Part shown: piece by piece, positions 25,901 through 38,655 of the stretch | How positions within the stretch are numbered: the first letter of the stretch is position 1 | How the letters are laid out: each line of letters starts with the position of its first letter | Source of the DNA: Tubulanus polymorphus | Lineage: Eukaryota > Animalia > Nemertea | NCBI RefSeq assembly: GCF_964204645.1 | Contig: NC_134026.1 | Span: forward strand, 30,104,150-30,168,149 | Direction: 5' to 3' | DNA length: 64,000 nt | The notes under the pieces: model-generated | The model's input: only the letters and a program-made list of their open reading frames with translations | What the model was told of the DNA's origin: nothing | Databases searched by the model: none | Program-made: the position numbers and the translations under genes

Positions 25901-28900
25901 GAGGGAGAGAGGGAGAGGGAGAGGGAGAGAGGGAGAGAGGGAGAGAGGGAGAGAGGGAGAGAGGGAGAGAGGGAGAGAGGGAGAGGGAGAGGGAGAGAGG
26001 GAGAGGGAGAGAGGGAGAGAGGGAGAGAGGGAGAGGGAGAGGGAGAGGGAGAGGGAGAGAGGGAGAGAGGGAGAGGGAGAGAGGGAGAGAGGGAGAGGGA
26101 GAGAGGGAGAGGGAGAGAGAGTTCAATGAACTTACACGGACAAGTGCTGAAATACCAGTTATTTACAGGACACTGTGTACTATCCAGTTTCATCACACCT
26201 TGTTTATCGTGTATAATTACACCTTTATTTCCTCCTTCGAGACATTTACCGAGTCCTGTATGACTTCCATCATCACACCATCCGCAACTAGGATTCTGAT
26301 GACATTCCGTACACGTTCGCGCTAAGGAACATTTCGACGCTGAAAATATCAATTGATATTAACTTCTTCATAACCGGAAATCTATCATCGCTTTCACGGG
26401 GTTTTTACTGATAAACCTCAAAATCCCTCATATTTCCCGACCCGAGACCAAATATTCCCGGATTAAAGTTCATGATATCCACAGTTGGAGACTCGTGCTA
26501 CTTGTACCAAAAATTCAAATTTCCTACTTTTCCCTGATCTTCAAGAATTATTTTGCGATTTGTGACCCTGGAAACATTAGAAATTACGAACCAGAACATT
26601 TAGCAGAGAATGTCATCCATTCCATACACTGTCCGTATGGGAACGAAGCCACGTAGGAATTAGTCTTCACACATTTCTGTTTATTACTGCACCACATACA
26701 ACCAGCAGTCGTACACGGTAAACAATCGTTATACGTGTCACAGATCGGATTACAACTATCTCTAGTGATCGCATCACCTGAAAATTCATTCAAAATACAA
26801 GTTGACATGCTTCATTTTAGGATTAAAATTTCAGGTATTTCCCTAGAGTTTTTTATATGACTTACCGTAAAGTCGACTTTCTAAACAAGTTTTATCCTTT
26901 TTATGCCAAATGCAACCTTGCTTTTTGTGACATATTTGACATGTATGCGCAATTCTACAGGGATAACTGTGACGTTTCGGGCACATACTTCCATTATACA
27001 CCGTCTAAAATCATATATCATAAAATATTTGAGGGCTACGTCACTGAATACTGCTGAAGGGGTACCGATCCAGCAGGGAAAATCTGTCAGTCTCATGGAA
27101 TCATTCTTAAGAGAAAATTAATCATCTACGATAGATAGTTAAATTTTTGACAATATGTGCCTTTTTTTACATGAAGTACCCTTTAATTAAATGGACACTT
27201 TTTGAGGGTTTAATAGAAAAGTGATAAAACAATTTGTTGCACACACCTGCAACCGGGCAGATTGTTATATTTACCTCGTTCTCCTGAACACACGTTTCAT
27301 GTTTATATAAACAATGATCTTTACACCAGTGACAATCGATCGAATTGAATAAACAATTCGGACAAGACGTCTGCATCGTGCAAACCAAACGACCTTGAGA
27401 TAAAACTGAAAATATACAAAACTTTCAATCAACAACCAGTAATCAGATGAAACTGATTTAAGAGTTAAGACAAATGAGATTTTCTTGAATCTGTGCTCGG
27501 AGCAGCTGTAAGAGTGCTGACTGTGTTATACACGTACCTAGATCATTCAAACACTTTCGTTCCTCCACATTTTGAATTGATTTCATCGCGCGAAGTTCTG
27601 ATGATTTCTCTTTCAATACACAGCCCTGACCGGTCCATACGCATAGAACACCGGGGTTAGCTGATAAGCACGATAACTTATCTCCATAACGGCTACACTT
27701 ACCTACAGTATAAAATCATTGGAATAATATCGATGGAAACACTTAAAACTTATGCAGGTATCAACTGTGAATCCCCCACAGTCAGGAGAATGATTATCTC
27801 ATGGGGACAAAGGATAGAAAGCTGCATTAATTTTGATTGAAAGTTTGATTACCAGGAGTGAATCGTAAGAGATCGCTTCTCATTTGACTGTCAAATCCAC
27901 CATAGATATACATTTCACTGAAATAAACAAACAACTTAACGTGAAATTCACTCAGTTAAATATAAGATCGAAGCCAAAAATAACAATGAATAAATCTTAC
28001 TTTTTATAAACGATAGACGAATGGCCATAACGCGCTATATTATTCAAAAGATGAGGTTTATCCAACTGGAACCATTTGTCACATTCTAAAATGTACGGAT
28101 GAAATATAGATTGAGATGGGAACAAATCAATAAGAAATGTAAATACCAGCGAGTACCGTACTTACTGGTGTCATACGCTAGGAAATCAAGGGAATAACAT
28201 TTAGCGCCATAACTCGTAGAAGTGTCATTGTGTGTATTACCTCCGAACACCAACATTAAACCACTGATTATTGATGCGGTATGTAAATATCTATACTGAC
28301 CACTACTTCTCATTATTCTCCTAAATCAATAACAACATTCATCATAAATTAGTGGAATTAGTCTCTTTGTCTCTGGATTGTATATATATATCTCTCATAA
28401 TTTCTGTAGTATCTCATTATTCCTGAAGATGACTATTAGGATATAGTCGAAACGTTGAAATAAACTACTATCTCGAAGTTTCATTTTCGGACTTTTTATT
28501 ATCATTGTGGGATTCTCTCCTCATCGCGTCAACACGGATATAGTGTTCTACCAATCGTGATTCATCATAAACCATTTTGTGATGTACAATAGTATAAGAA
28601 TTGAATGTTGATACGTACCACGTATTTGAGATGTGTTTATAAGAGTAAAGCGTATCGCTGAGATAGTACGATGTAGCTGTTAATGAATGATATCCACCGT
28701 GTACTAATATACTACCAGTAACGGCATCATAAACACTCGAATGTCCATAACCTCCTTTCACTATTGCTCCATTTGTCACCGCTAAACTCCAGTTACCCCG
28801 ATCTACAATGTTTTAGATAATGAAGATAGCTTTCAGATAATGGATTCATTATCAGTGACTCACTTAGGATATTTTTGAGTCCGTTGTTCCAAATACAAAG

Positions 28901-31747
28901 CATAAGCAAGATTCCTGGTATACAAATAAAGATGTGTGGATGAGATATCGTTGAACGTACCTATATTGAATTCTTGCACTAAGTTTGTATAACCGTAAAT
29001 ATGACTGTGACCGAATATAACGATCATTGCGTTCCCGATAAGATGTGCCGTGTGTCCAGCTACCGCGATTGGTAGATCATTCCCGCTACTCGAATTTAAC
29101 TTCATCCACGTGTTTGACACCAAATCAAATCTCCATAATTCATTGGTTATATCACCGTTTATATTACCACCATACATATAAACCATTTTCTAAGAAAACG
29201 TGCAGATATGATAACGTTATTACTGCTCAATAAAATACTGTATCTATTATCAGCAAAATATGACTAAATACACTGGTATATGAAATACCGACAATATTGA
29301 AGATTTACAATGGGTTGCATTCACAAATTGAGTTGAAAAAAAAAGAATTTAAAGGGGATTATGGGGATTTGAGGGGGAAGCTGAGAATTTTAGGTTATTC
29401 TATCCCTTAAATTTCGATTTCCTGATTTATAAGTTATTTAAGGAACCATAGGAACCCTGAAAAAAAATCTGTTTTACTGAATTTTTCAGGGAGATTGGTC
29501 TTAACACATCTTCGATTTCATTTGAAATGAATGACACGATCTTCAATAATGTGGGAGTATTATACTACATATACTGTGACTAGTGTGAATCGATTTAATC
29601 AATAAATACCTGATTGAGTACGACTGTGTGTCCGTATCGAGATGCAGGCCAGTTTACCTCTTTTGATGCCAGGTTTTCCCAAACATGGTTCACAAAATTC
29701 AACCTAATTTTTTCAGTAAAAAATAAAGAATAAAATTGAAATCACTTCTATTTTCAGAGATTTTTTGAGAATTAATTAATGAGAAGATGACTATGTGGAT
29801 AGTGAAAATGTTGAAATCAACCATTTTCTTTCCAAGTAAGGGATCTCATATAGGGCCTAGTTAGAGATAATCTACCTGTTAACTTGCAGTTTTTGATGTT
29901 CCTGGAATGTATAACCACCGAATACATACATCCACGATTGATACACGATACTTCGATGTGAAGCTGAACCTTCGGGAGGATGAATATTCTTAACAACGCT
30001 CCACGAACCCTCTCTCGTAGGAATACTACAATCATAACCTACAGCACAAAACACACCAGCACGACGATATCAGAAATCTGAATCTGTTTAAGTTTAATAC
30101 AAAGGATTAAATATGCGGAGAATGAATGAATGAATTAGCAGTTTCATACCAGTAAAATCAGGTGAACAGTCACACTGCTGTTTGTTTGTATTACATGTAC
30201 CATGTTGAGCACCTGTACAGTTATTAGGACAAACTGGTACATCACAGGACGATCCAGTCCACATCGAATCACATTGACACTGTTTATTACTGCATGTACC
30301 GTGACCAGAACAATTATTAGCACAACTATCGACACTGAAAACCAGAAATTACATTCAACTTTCCTAGTGAAAATTCAAATTCATTTGGTAGCATGTTTGT
30401 GAGAAGTTTTTTTGTTATTTCCTACATCAACTGAAGGAATATCAATTAGGGGGCATATAATTAACAGGTTTTTAAGCTTATTTCTCTCGATTAAAAGGAG
30501 AGAAGCCAAAAACTCAGTAACTACGGCTTGAACCCAATGAACCCAGGATTGACAAAGAGACCAGTAACCAATAATCACAACACTTCTCTCTCTAAAAACT
30601 CTTACATGTAAGATATATTAAATCCACTCATGTTATATGCAGCATCGCTGTAGAAATACAAATAAACACTTCCAGAATTAGTAGTTATCACTGGAAGAGT
30701 CTCATTTCCGCGCTGTTTCTTTAGGAGTCCACTAAAATATATCAAACCATACAAAATATTTCATTAGTAAATTCAATGCAGTCCCAAAACTACCCCGAGG
30801 TTAGTCGCTGATAGTTACAATTGAAATGATGTTTATACCTGTAAGCAGCAATCAATGGAGAATAAACAGAATTCCCATCGTAGATGAATAAATGATCCCA
30901 CGCGCATTCAGTAGCAAAATGGTTGAATTTCAAATGAATCGTAGAATTCACTATTCCACTTTCTATTAACCACGTACATTTCTTATCTAAAGTGTAATTG
31001 CGCACGCCATCAACAATCACTCCAGTACTTCCGTTTAAACTAAAAATACAATAATATGACATCGAATAGGGGCTTCACTAGTTAGTCAACTTACCAATGG
31101 GTGAAAAACTAAACCACAGTCTGGTTTACTGACTCAGGAAACTTCCTTACTGTGTGTGGTATTGATATTGGGTAAATATCAAAAAACATTTATCATTGAA
31201 AGAAAGGGAAGATGTCATTTAGAAATTAAATCTTTTTAAATACGGGTATTTCTAAACATTTTTCCATTTTCAAATTCAAGTTCGAAATTCTAAGTTGTAA
31301 GCCTTAAGGGAAAATGATTTTGAGACGTAAAATTCCATCAATTATTTCTGTTTCAAATTGTCAGAGAAGAGTCAGTGGACAGGTGGAGGACTGAAGTCCT
31401 GTGTTCTCAAGCTCGTTGTACCCTTAAATGAAGACTTAAAACTAAAAGGCAATCAATTTGTAGAAACTGAAATATACTTACACAGTTCTACCAAAACAGT
31501 GATCGCAGTATTTACCAGTAACACCTGGATTGCAGATACAGCTTCCGTTTACACACTTTCCATAATGACCGCAGTTGACACCACTACTACCAGCACCACC
31601 AGCAGCAGCAGTAGTGCAGGAAGAATCTACCGCATTTACATACAATAATATACTAAATACTAGATAATAATCTATATATCTACAAGGAAATAATCTAAAT
31701 TTCGACTTGTAATGGAGGAAAGCAAACACAGTGGCTGCCATTTTCAT
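22937..31747 (-). CDS. ATRN: Attractin / attractin-like protein (EGF, CUB, kelch, PSI, laminin-EGF and TM domains), multi-exon
   Basis: CUB CTWLIE...FATECAWDHLFIYDG, kelch GHTAH/GHSSVYD, SFPYGQCMEW, CQCNGHSVC, and cytoplasmic EMERMVSRPFA and ITLEP...RLPTG. Confidence 0.93.
25501..26121. repeat. Polypurine (GAGAGG)n/(GAGAGAGG)n microsatellite in an attractin intron
   Basis: About 620 nt of almost pure G/A hexamer and octamer repeats. Confidence 0.97.
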
Positions 31748-32756
31748 TTGGCAGCTTTTATCGCCATCTGGAGTCAGTCTCCTAAATCAGTTACTGTTGA
31801 TAGGAAACCTTTCTATACATTATATAACTGTTTCTATCGCAATGATGTTATGATATGAAATCTGTAATTTGTAGTCTATCATAACTTAATTAAAGATTAA
31901 AATATTGGGATTCGACCTATCTTGTTCACCTAACTTTTTGCGAAGAAGTAGCTCTGCTGGTTATAATTGAGTCACCACTCTGTTACTAACCTAAACAAAA
32001 CTTTCTTGAAATGTGTTAAAATCTCTTAAAATCGACACAAATTTCATACTTGTAAGTAATATTCGTGTGCAGAAAATATCTCCACGTTGTGCTTTTATTC
32101 TATTTCTAAAACCAGAGCAGCTGAAAGTAATGGGGAATAATTTGAAGCACTTTTTTAGCTTGATTTCGAGAAATGAATTTTCTGCAGGTTTTTGTAAATG
32201 TAGTCTGTAAATAAATGGCTCGGTGAATTATGCTAAAAAATATTGTGAAATTTATTGATTATGGATTAAGTTATCCCTATGATAGAACTGTAAATGTTGT
32301 GATCATTAACAAGACAAAATGATTGCCCAATAATATTGATTAGTGAATCAATAACCTAATCATTAATGCTGACCACCGCACCAGTATCGGCCGGTATTTG
32401 TTGATGACTCTGTCTGACTGTGAAATCTAGTAGGGATCGTACCTACACTAGATTGCACAGCGTAAAACGACTAGATTTCAAAATGTCTGTGGGATCAGAT
32501 TCTGATTTCGACTTTGAGCTAAACGATAATGAAATAAAAGCGATGATGTTAGATTTTGATTCATCATCAGATTCTAATAAATCAGATTCTAATGAATCTG
32601 ATACAGATTCTGATGATGTTGTTTTTGGTGGATCAAACAACGAACCTAAAACTGCGCGTAAATCTGGTGATTACTCGAAAATTATTTTGATTATGATTTA
32701 TGGAAAAATACGCGTGAAGGAACGATTAGAATTTTTTCTTGTGAATTTCAGGTGAA

Positions 32757-35700
32757 ATGGAGCTTGATTTCGATACGCCGTTTACGTCATCTCTGTCGCA
32801 TAAAAGTCCGACCCCTCATCGATCTACGAAGACTACGTCGTTTCAGGATGAATTACGATCGACTCTTAAAGATCGTAAATCGCGAGGATTATCGTATGAT
32901 TTGAGTGATGAGGATTCTGAGGATGAAGCACTCGCGAGTGATGATGGTAAACTGGTTTTCTATTTTCACCATTACGAGGAATGTATGCCATGGATATCAT
33001 TGAGAGTCCCCCACAATTTTTTCTTACATTTCGGGTGGAATCCTTCCACCTAGCTTCAGAGTTAATTTGAAAATAAGTTACAGTTACAATAGTAGGGATG
33101 CTAAGTCATACCAGGAACCTCTCCTGAAGGGGTATTAAAAGAGGATAGGACAAAAACGGACAAAAGTTTCAACTGAGGAGAAACTCCAGAACTTATGTTC
33201 TTTAATATGCATGTTTGATTTTAATGTTAGTACAAGGATAAAGAATTGTACTATTTTCAAAGTCAAAACGATGGCTGATATCATAGGTATGGCTAAATGT
33301 TGGTTTGCCTATTAATGATGTCACATAACATTATGTTCTTTAATGTACGTTCCGTTTCTCCATGTATATTTTTTCGCAACCACTTCATGGAATCTCGTAA
33401 AACACCACTATTTAACTTATTACTTGCAGGTTTTTTTCTATGATTGTCAACGATTATCTTTTAGATCTTATGTCTCAATTCAATGTTACGATGAAAAATC
33501 AAAATCGTCCCGGATCAGCGAAACGCAGGGAAAATACAGCTTCACCGAACATTGACAGGAAGAATACAAGAACAGCTGAGGAGATCATAGCTGCCAGGTG
33601 AATAGTCTTATTAATTACTGGTTTCGTTTATGACTAACTTTATTAATGGTTCCAATATCTCTACTATTGTTACATTAACCACAGGCTCCAATTTTACAAA
33701 AAATTTTAACTCTAAAATCGGTTTAATTTCTTCATTCATCAATCAGTTAAACCGTTTAATGTGAAACTGGCTCTTTGTAAAATAACGGTATTTCTGAATT
33801 TTAATTTCTGTTCTATAACTTATCACTGGTTCAAACACTAAACAAGAGTCCTACGTTCCTATTCCCACAGTTGTGTCAGTTAAGATGCGACTCAGGACTT
33901 CAAAACAAACTACAGTAAATCTAGCCTAACTCGGCCCATGTCCGGTGAAGGCAAGGTTTACTGTATTTATTACTCCAGAGATTCAAATTTAACCGTATAA
34001 TTTTGTTTGAATATATTTTTATGTTGTTTTCTAACATTATAATTTTTGATAACTGATCGTCGTGATTGGTGCAGAGAACATGAAGTTCCAATCAAACCTC
34101 CTCGCGGTCAAACCCAACCTATTGTTGAACATAAACCCTCGAAAGAGGAAATTATATTTGGTAACAAAGCTTCTCGATCTCCACAAAGGTATTGATCGTT
34201 TTTACTGGTTTATTACGAGAGAGTCACACGATTGTGAAATAGACTATAAATACGTGATCATTGATTCATTGATTTCAGACGAAGCCCTTCTTCACCTCTC
34301 CTCGTCAAACAGAAAAAAACATCATCGAGTATCGCTGATGAGGAAGACGACGATTCTAAAATACAAAAACCGTGGCAACCGCCGAGTTTCCGTAAATCAC
34401 CGGTCGATGAATCGATGAAGAATTCTCCGGGCAGACGTACTCCGATTCTGGATAGTATCGACGAATCGCCGCGTCCGACTCCGAGACGAGCGTTATCAAA
34501 ATCATCGTCCATGTACGTTCAACATAAATACAGGGTCCCTACGACTCCTTAGAAACTCCTAGAATGGAAAATATTTGTGCAGGTGCTTGAAACTCCTTTA
34601 ATTTGAGAAATAAGGAATTAGATAGAAGTTGTACATTAGACTACACCTAAATCAATACAGTTAGAACCAGGATGTTTTTATTACTGTACCCTATTAGGCA
34701 GTTACCGAATGAGAAACCGAGTTAAGGAGTAAAGGATAAAAATTTGCTCACAATTCCACTGAATTGCCGGTTTACCAAGATAAACTACTGATTTGGGAGG
34801 AAGCTGCTGTAGTTGAGTTATAAAAGTGATGCTGACACTTGATTGAAATATGAAATGTTATCCTTTAAAACTCCTTGAAAACTCCTTTCATCCAGAAATG
34901 ACTGATCAGTAGGGACCCTGAATCAACCTTTCGTTTAATGTTTGTTCAACGACTGCTTTTACTGAATTGTTTTATTCTAAATTTGCAGCAATGAAAGCGA
35001 TGAACCTCGAATAAAACCACGTCGTTTAAAACAAGACGAGCGAACCAGACCAGTTTCAGACAGAACATCAAAATCACCATCTCCCGAAGGGTTTAAACGA
35101 GCCAGTTCTAATGAATCACCGTCTACTGAAGTGCTGAAACGAACCAACTCGAATAGATCACCATCTCATGAGGGTTTTAAACGAACCGGTTCTAATGAAT
35201 CACCGTCTACTGAAGTGCTGAAACGAACCAACTCGAATAGATCACCATCTCATGAGGGTTTTAAACGAACCGGTTCTAATAAAACGCCATCTCCAGATAT
35301 ATTCAAAAAGTCGGGAGGAAAACATTCATTTCTGGACGACAGCGATGAAGAGGAGAAAAAATATCCACCTATTAGAGGTAAATATATACAAGTGTATTTA
35401 CAGACAAGTTAATTTAGAGGGACTTAAAGAGTGAAACTTCGCTTTGTAAAACTGGGTGTTTATTGTATTTTTAAGCTCGAAGCAGCCGCTTGAAAGATCA
35501 GAAAAAATCGACCGATGAAAAAGAGAAATCCGAAAAGAAAGAAACGAGTATCTTAGATTTGATCACAGGGGGCGGAGCGGTAGACAAAGAGAAATCAAAA
35601 ACGCAACAGAACGAAAAACGGCAACCGAAACCGAGGAAACAACATCTCGTAAAAGCTGCTTCTCGTGATTCTATATCCGAAGAGATCGGTATGTTTGAAA

Positions 35701-37718
35701 ATAGTAAAACCTATTAATTCTGGAGCATTTGATGAGAACTTAACCCTTTCAGTGCATCTGCATATATAGGTGTTCTCCTTTCCTAGTAGTCTACGCTACA
35801 TCGCCGTGTATTGATGTAAAAAGTAATAGTTGTTATCTGTATTAAAAGATGGCAGCACCTGTCAAACATAGTGAATTGAGTAAAAAACGATCTTTAGCAC
35901 ACTAGGGTGAAATATTTTTTTTGTAAATTTTCAAATTGTGTCCAGCAATTTTGGGTCTTAATTAGCATTTTGGATCTGGGTTAAATACTGTATTGAATCA
36001 ATATTTATAGATAAACACCGATCCCGAAGCACGAGTCCGGTAAAAGATGATGGTCGTAAATCGGGTCAAAAGTCACCATTTTCCCGCGCCTCTTCGAAAT
36101 CTCCGTCAAAACACGACAGCCGACCGTCTTCGCAAAGATCGTCCCCGAAACCACGCAGTCCGAAACAACGTCCGATTACTCCGACCCGTTCGAGTCCGTT
36201 TAAACAACGCGACGAACCTAAAGACCGCGGCGATTACCGATCTAGAGATTCAGCGCACGAAGAAGATGCATCGTCGTTGTGTCAGGAGGTGAAGGAAGAT
36301 CCCGATAGAGAAAAATGGGTGTCGCAAAATTCAACGGATGATTCGAGACAAAAACAAGACAATGATAAAGAGTGAGTTTTAAATATGATATTTAAACAAA
36401 AATATCAAATATGTGTCGATTAATTGCAATCATTCGCGATTTCGATTTGCAGGAATAAACCACAGAGGAGAGTTCGTCAAGAAGCCGATGACGCAATCGA
36501 CGCTATCGCCCATGACAACGAGAAAACAATGAGATTTATTGATCCAGCCGATCAGTCGTCGAAGTAAGAAAAACTTCTTGAAAACTGATTATAAACATTG
36601 AACGTCAGATTTACTATTGATTTCGATCGATTACTTTTTAGAGACAAGAAAAAATCTGAAATAAAAGAAAAAGATAAAAAGCATCGACCGAAGCCTCGCT
36701 ACGGGAGACCATTACAATCAGATTCACCTCCGGACTCGGTGAGGAGTTACGACAGCGCTTCATCTATACGACAATCGATATACGACGACTGGTATAAACA
36801 AAAACTAGCTAGAACGAAAAACGAATTGAAAGAGAAGAAACACAGGGAAAAAGAGGAAGAAGAAAGAATTCAGAAAGAAAAAGACGATAAACTGAAAGAG
36901 AATGAATTGTCTTATAAAGCGTGGATGTCTCAACGTTCGGAGACGTGGGTGAAAGATCGTAAAGCCGAAATGAGAAAATCATTAACGCAAGAAAAACGAA
37001 AACAACAAGAAATCGATGAGAAAAAGAAGGAAGCAGATAAGGTACGTTTTACTACGTGTAGATCATGTTTCATGTAACTGATTCTCTCAGATTATTGTGT
37101 ACTCCCGACGAAATTTGTCCTCCAATCGTATTGATGTGATGAATTCAATTCTTTCCAGACATTCAAAATGTGGAAAGAAAGGAAAGATGAAAAAATCCGA
37201 GAAAAGGTTAAAGACATTAAGAAAGAAACGAAAAATAAAGAGGAAGACCTGAAAGAAACTGAACAAATGAAAAGATCAGAAAGTGCCAAGGCGTTTGAAA
37301 GCTGGTAAGAAATCTGCAAATCTTATACTGTTTACTCGTTTATGGAATGGATTTTAAAATTAGAAGTACGGATTTATTTCCAGGAAATCGAAGAAAGACA
37401 GTTTAATAAAAACACAAGTGAAGGAAGAACACAAAAAGAAAAGGATGGAAAAGAAATATCTGACAGAAGAGCAAAGTAGGAAAGATTTGGACGCAAGTGA
37501 TTCCTATGAGAAATGGATACAGAATAAGGTGAGCTGAATAATCAGTGTTTAGTAGAAACTCTTCTCTTCTTTTCCAATTGATTCATTCGCTTATTATCTT
37601 CATTGATTGTTTTCAGGAAAAGCAGAAACTGCAACGTTCGAGATCACGGACGTCCTTGGATGATGAAACGCGTCCAGCTTGGAGTCCAGCGAGTAAAACA
37701 ATACCTCGAGGTCGTTGA
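32757..37718 (+). CDS. MAP9: Microtubule-associated protein 9 (ASAP)-like, multi-exon
   Basis: N-terminal FTSSLSHKSP...TTSFQDELR resembles MAP9 FSTTLAYTKSP..TTFQDEL. C-terminal K/E-rich helices carry periodic W (YDDWYKQK, SYKAWMSQ, AFESWKS, YEKWIQ), followed by RPAWSPA. Confidence 0.8.
34531..34920. mobile_element. CAGGG-terminal non-autonomous DNA element in a MAP9 intron
   Basis: Perfect TIRs cagggtccctac / gtagggaccctg; internal aactcct repeats. Confidence 0.7.
35073..35310 (+). repeat. Coding tandem repeat in MAP9 (42-nt units forming 84-nt dimers)
   Basis: SPSPEGFKRASSNE/SPSTEVLKRTNSNR/SPSHEGFKRTGSNE/SPSTEVLKRTNSNR/SPSHEGFKRTGSNK. Confidence 0.9.
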
Positions 37719-38655
37719 GTAAAACATGATCGTTGAATTCAATTCCTCTGTTAATAGTATATATGAATACACGTAGTAATGGCTGCTACTTTGTGTTGTA
37801 CGAAATCTTTTTTTTTATTTGTACAAATTCCGTCCATTTACATTCAAGTAATTATGTTGCAGAATCAATTCATTTAAAGGTTTCATTGAATGAATGTTAT
37901 TCAGATTTAGTATTTGTCTCTATGAAACATGTGGCTTGCACCTGTAATAATTTAGATGTTCACATTCGAGGTTCAGGCTATTATTAGTTTTAACTATAAA
38001 ATCTATGTAGACGTATCAAATATTTTGGAACTTTTAATACTAAACAATTGGGAATTTCATGGATCGTATTGGTGCTAATTTGATCTTGAAGTTGAATGTT
38101 TTTCACAATGAGCCTCGATTTGTTGTAGATTTATCAATAAAACAATGATATTCTAATATCTCTGTCCTGTGTTTAATTATATGCGGTATATACTGTTTAG
38201 AGGATAAAAGGAGTAATCGAAGGATCCTTGTTTTGACTACAACTACACAGATATTAAGTAACAAAACAATTTATTTTGCTTATAGCAGCACATGAAACAG
38301 TCTACAGAAATACAGAGAGGATTCTCAAATAATTCAATACATTATCAGCAGCGTAACATCTTCAAACAACTGTCGCATGTGTCATCACTTCATTTCACCA
38401 ATAATCGGTACATTATTATTATTTACTCACTCGCTATGAATCCAAGTATATCATTTAACAAACGATAAAACATGAAACAACATCATTCATTATTATGTTT
38501 TTAATACATACATTCAAACCTGCTTAATTCAGATTTCTATACATGAATCTATGTAAAATATGATGTTTAATCCAAATTTCTGATCGGTTTCTCAATTGAT
38601 CTGAATTAAGCAGGTTCTAATACATCTGAATTACATACAATACACTGAGTGTTAT

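Noticed and set aside
25348-26352. Long ORFs (334, 217 and 211 aa) of LS/LP/GE/GR repeats
   Set aside because: Artefacts of the stop-free (GAGAGG)n microsatellite; only the flanking parts are attractin exons.
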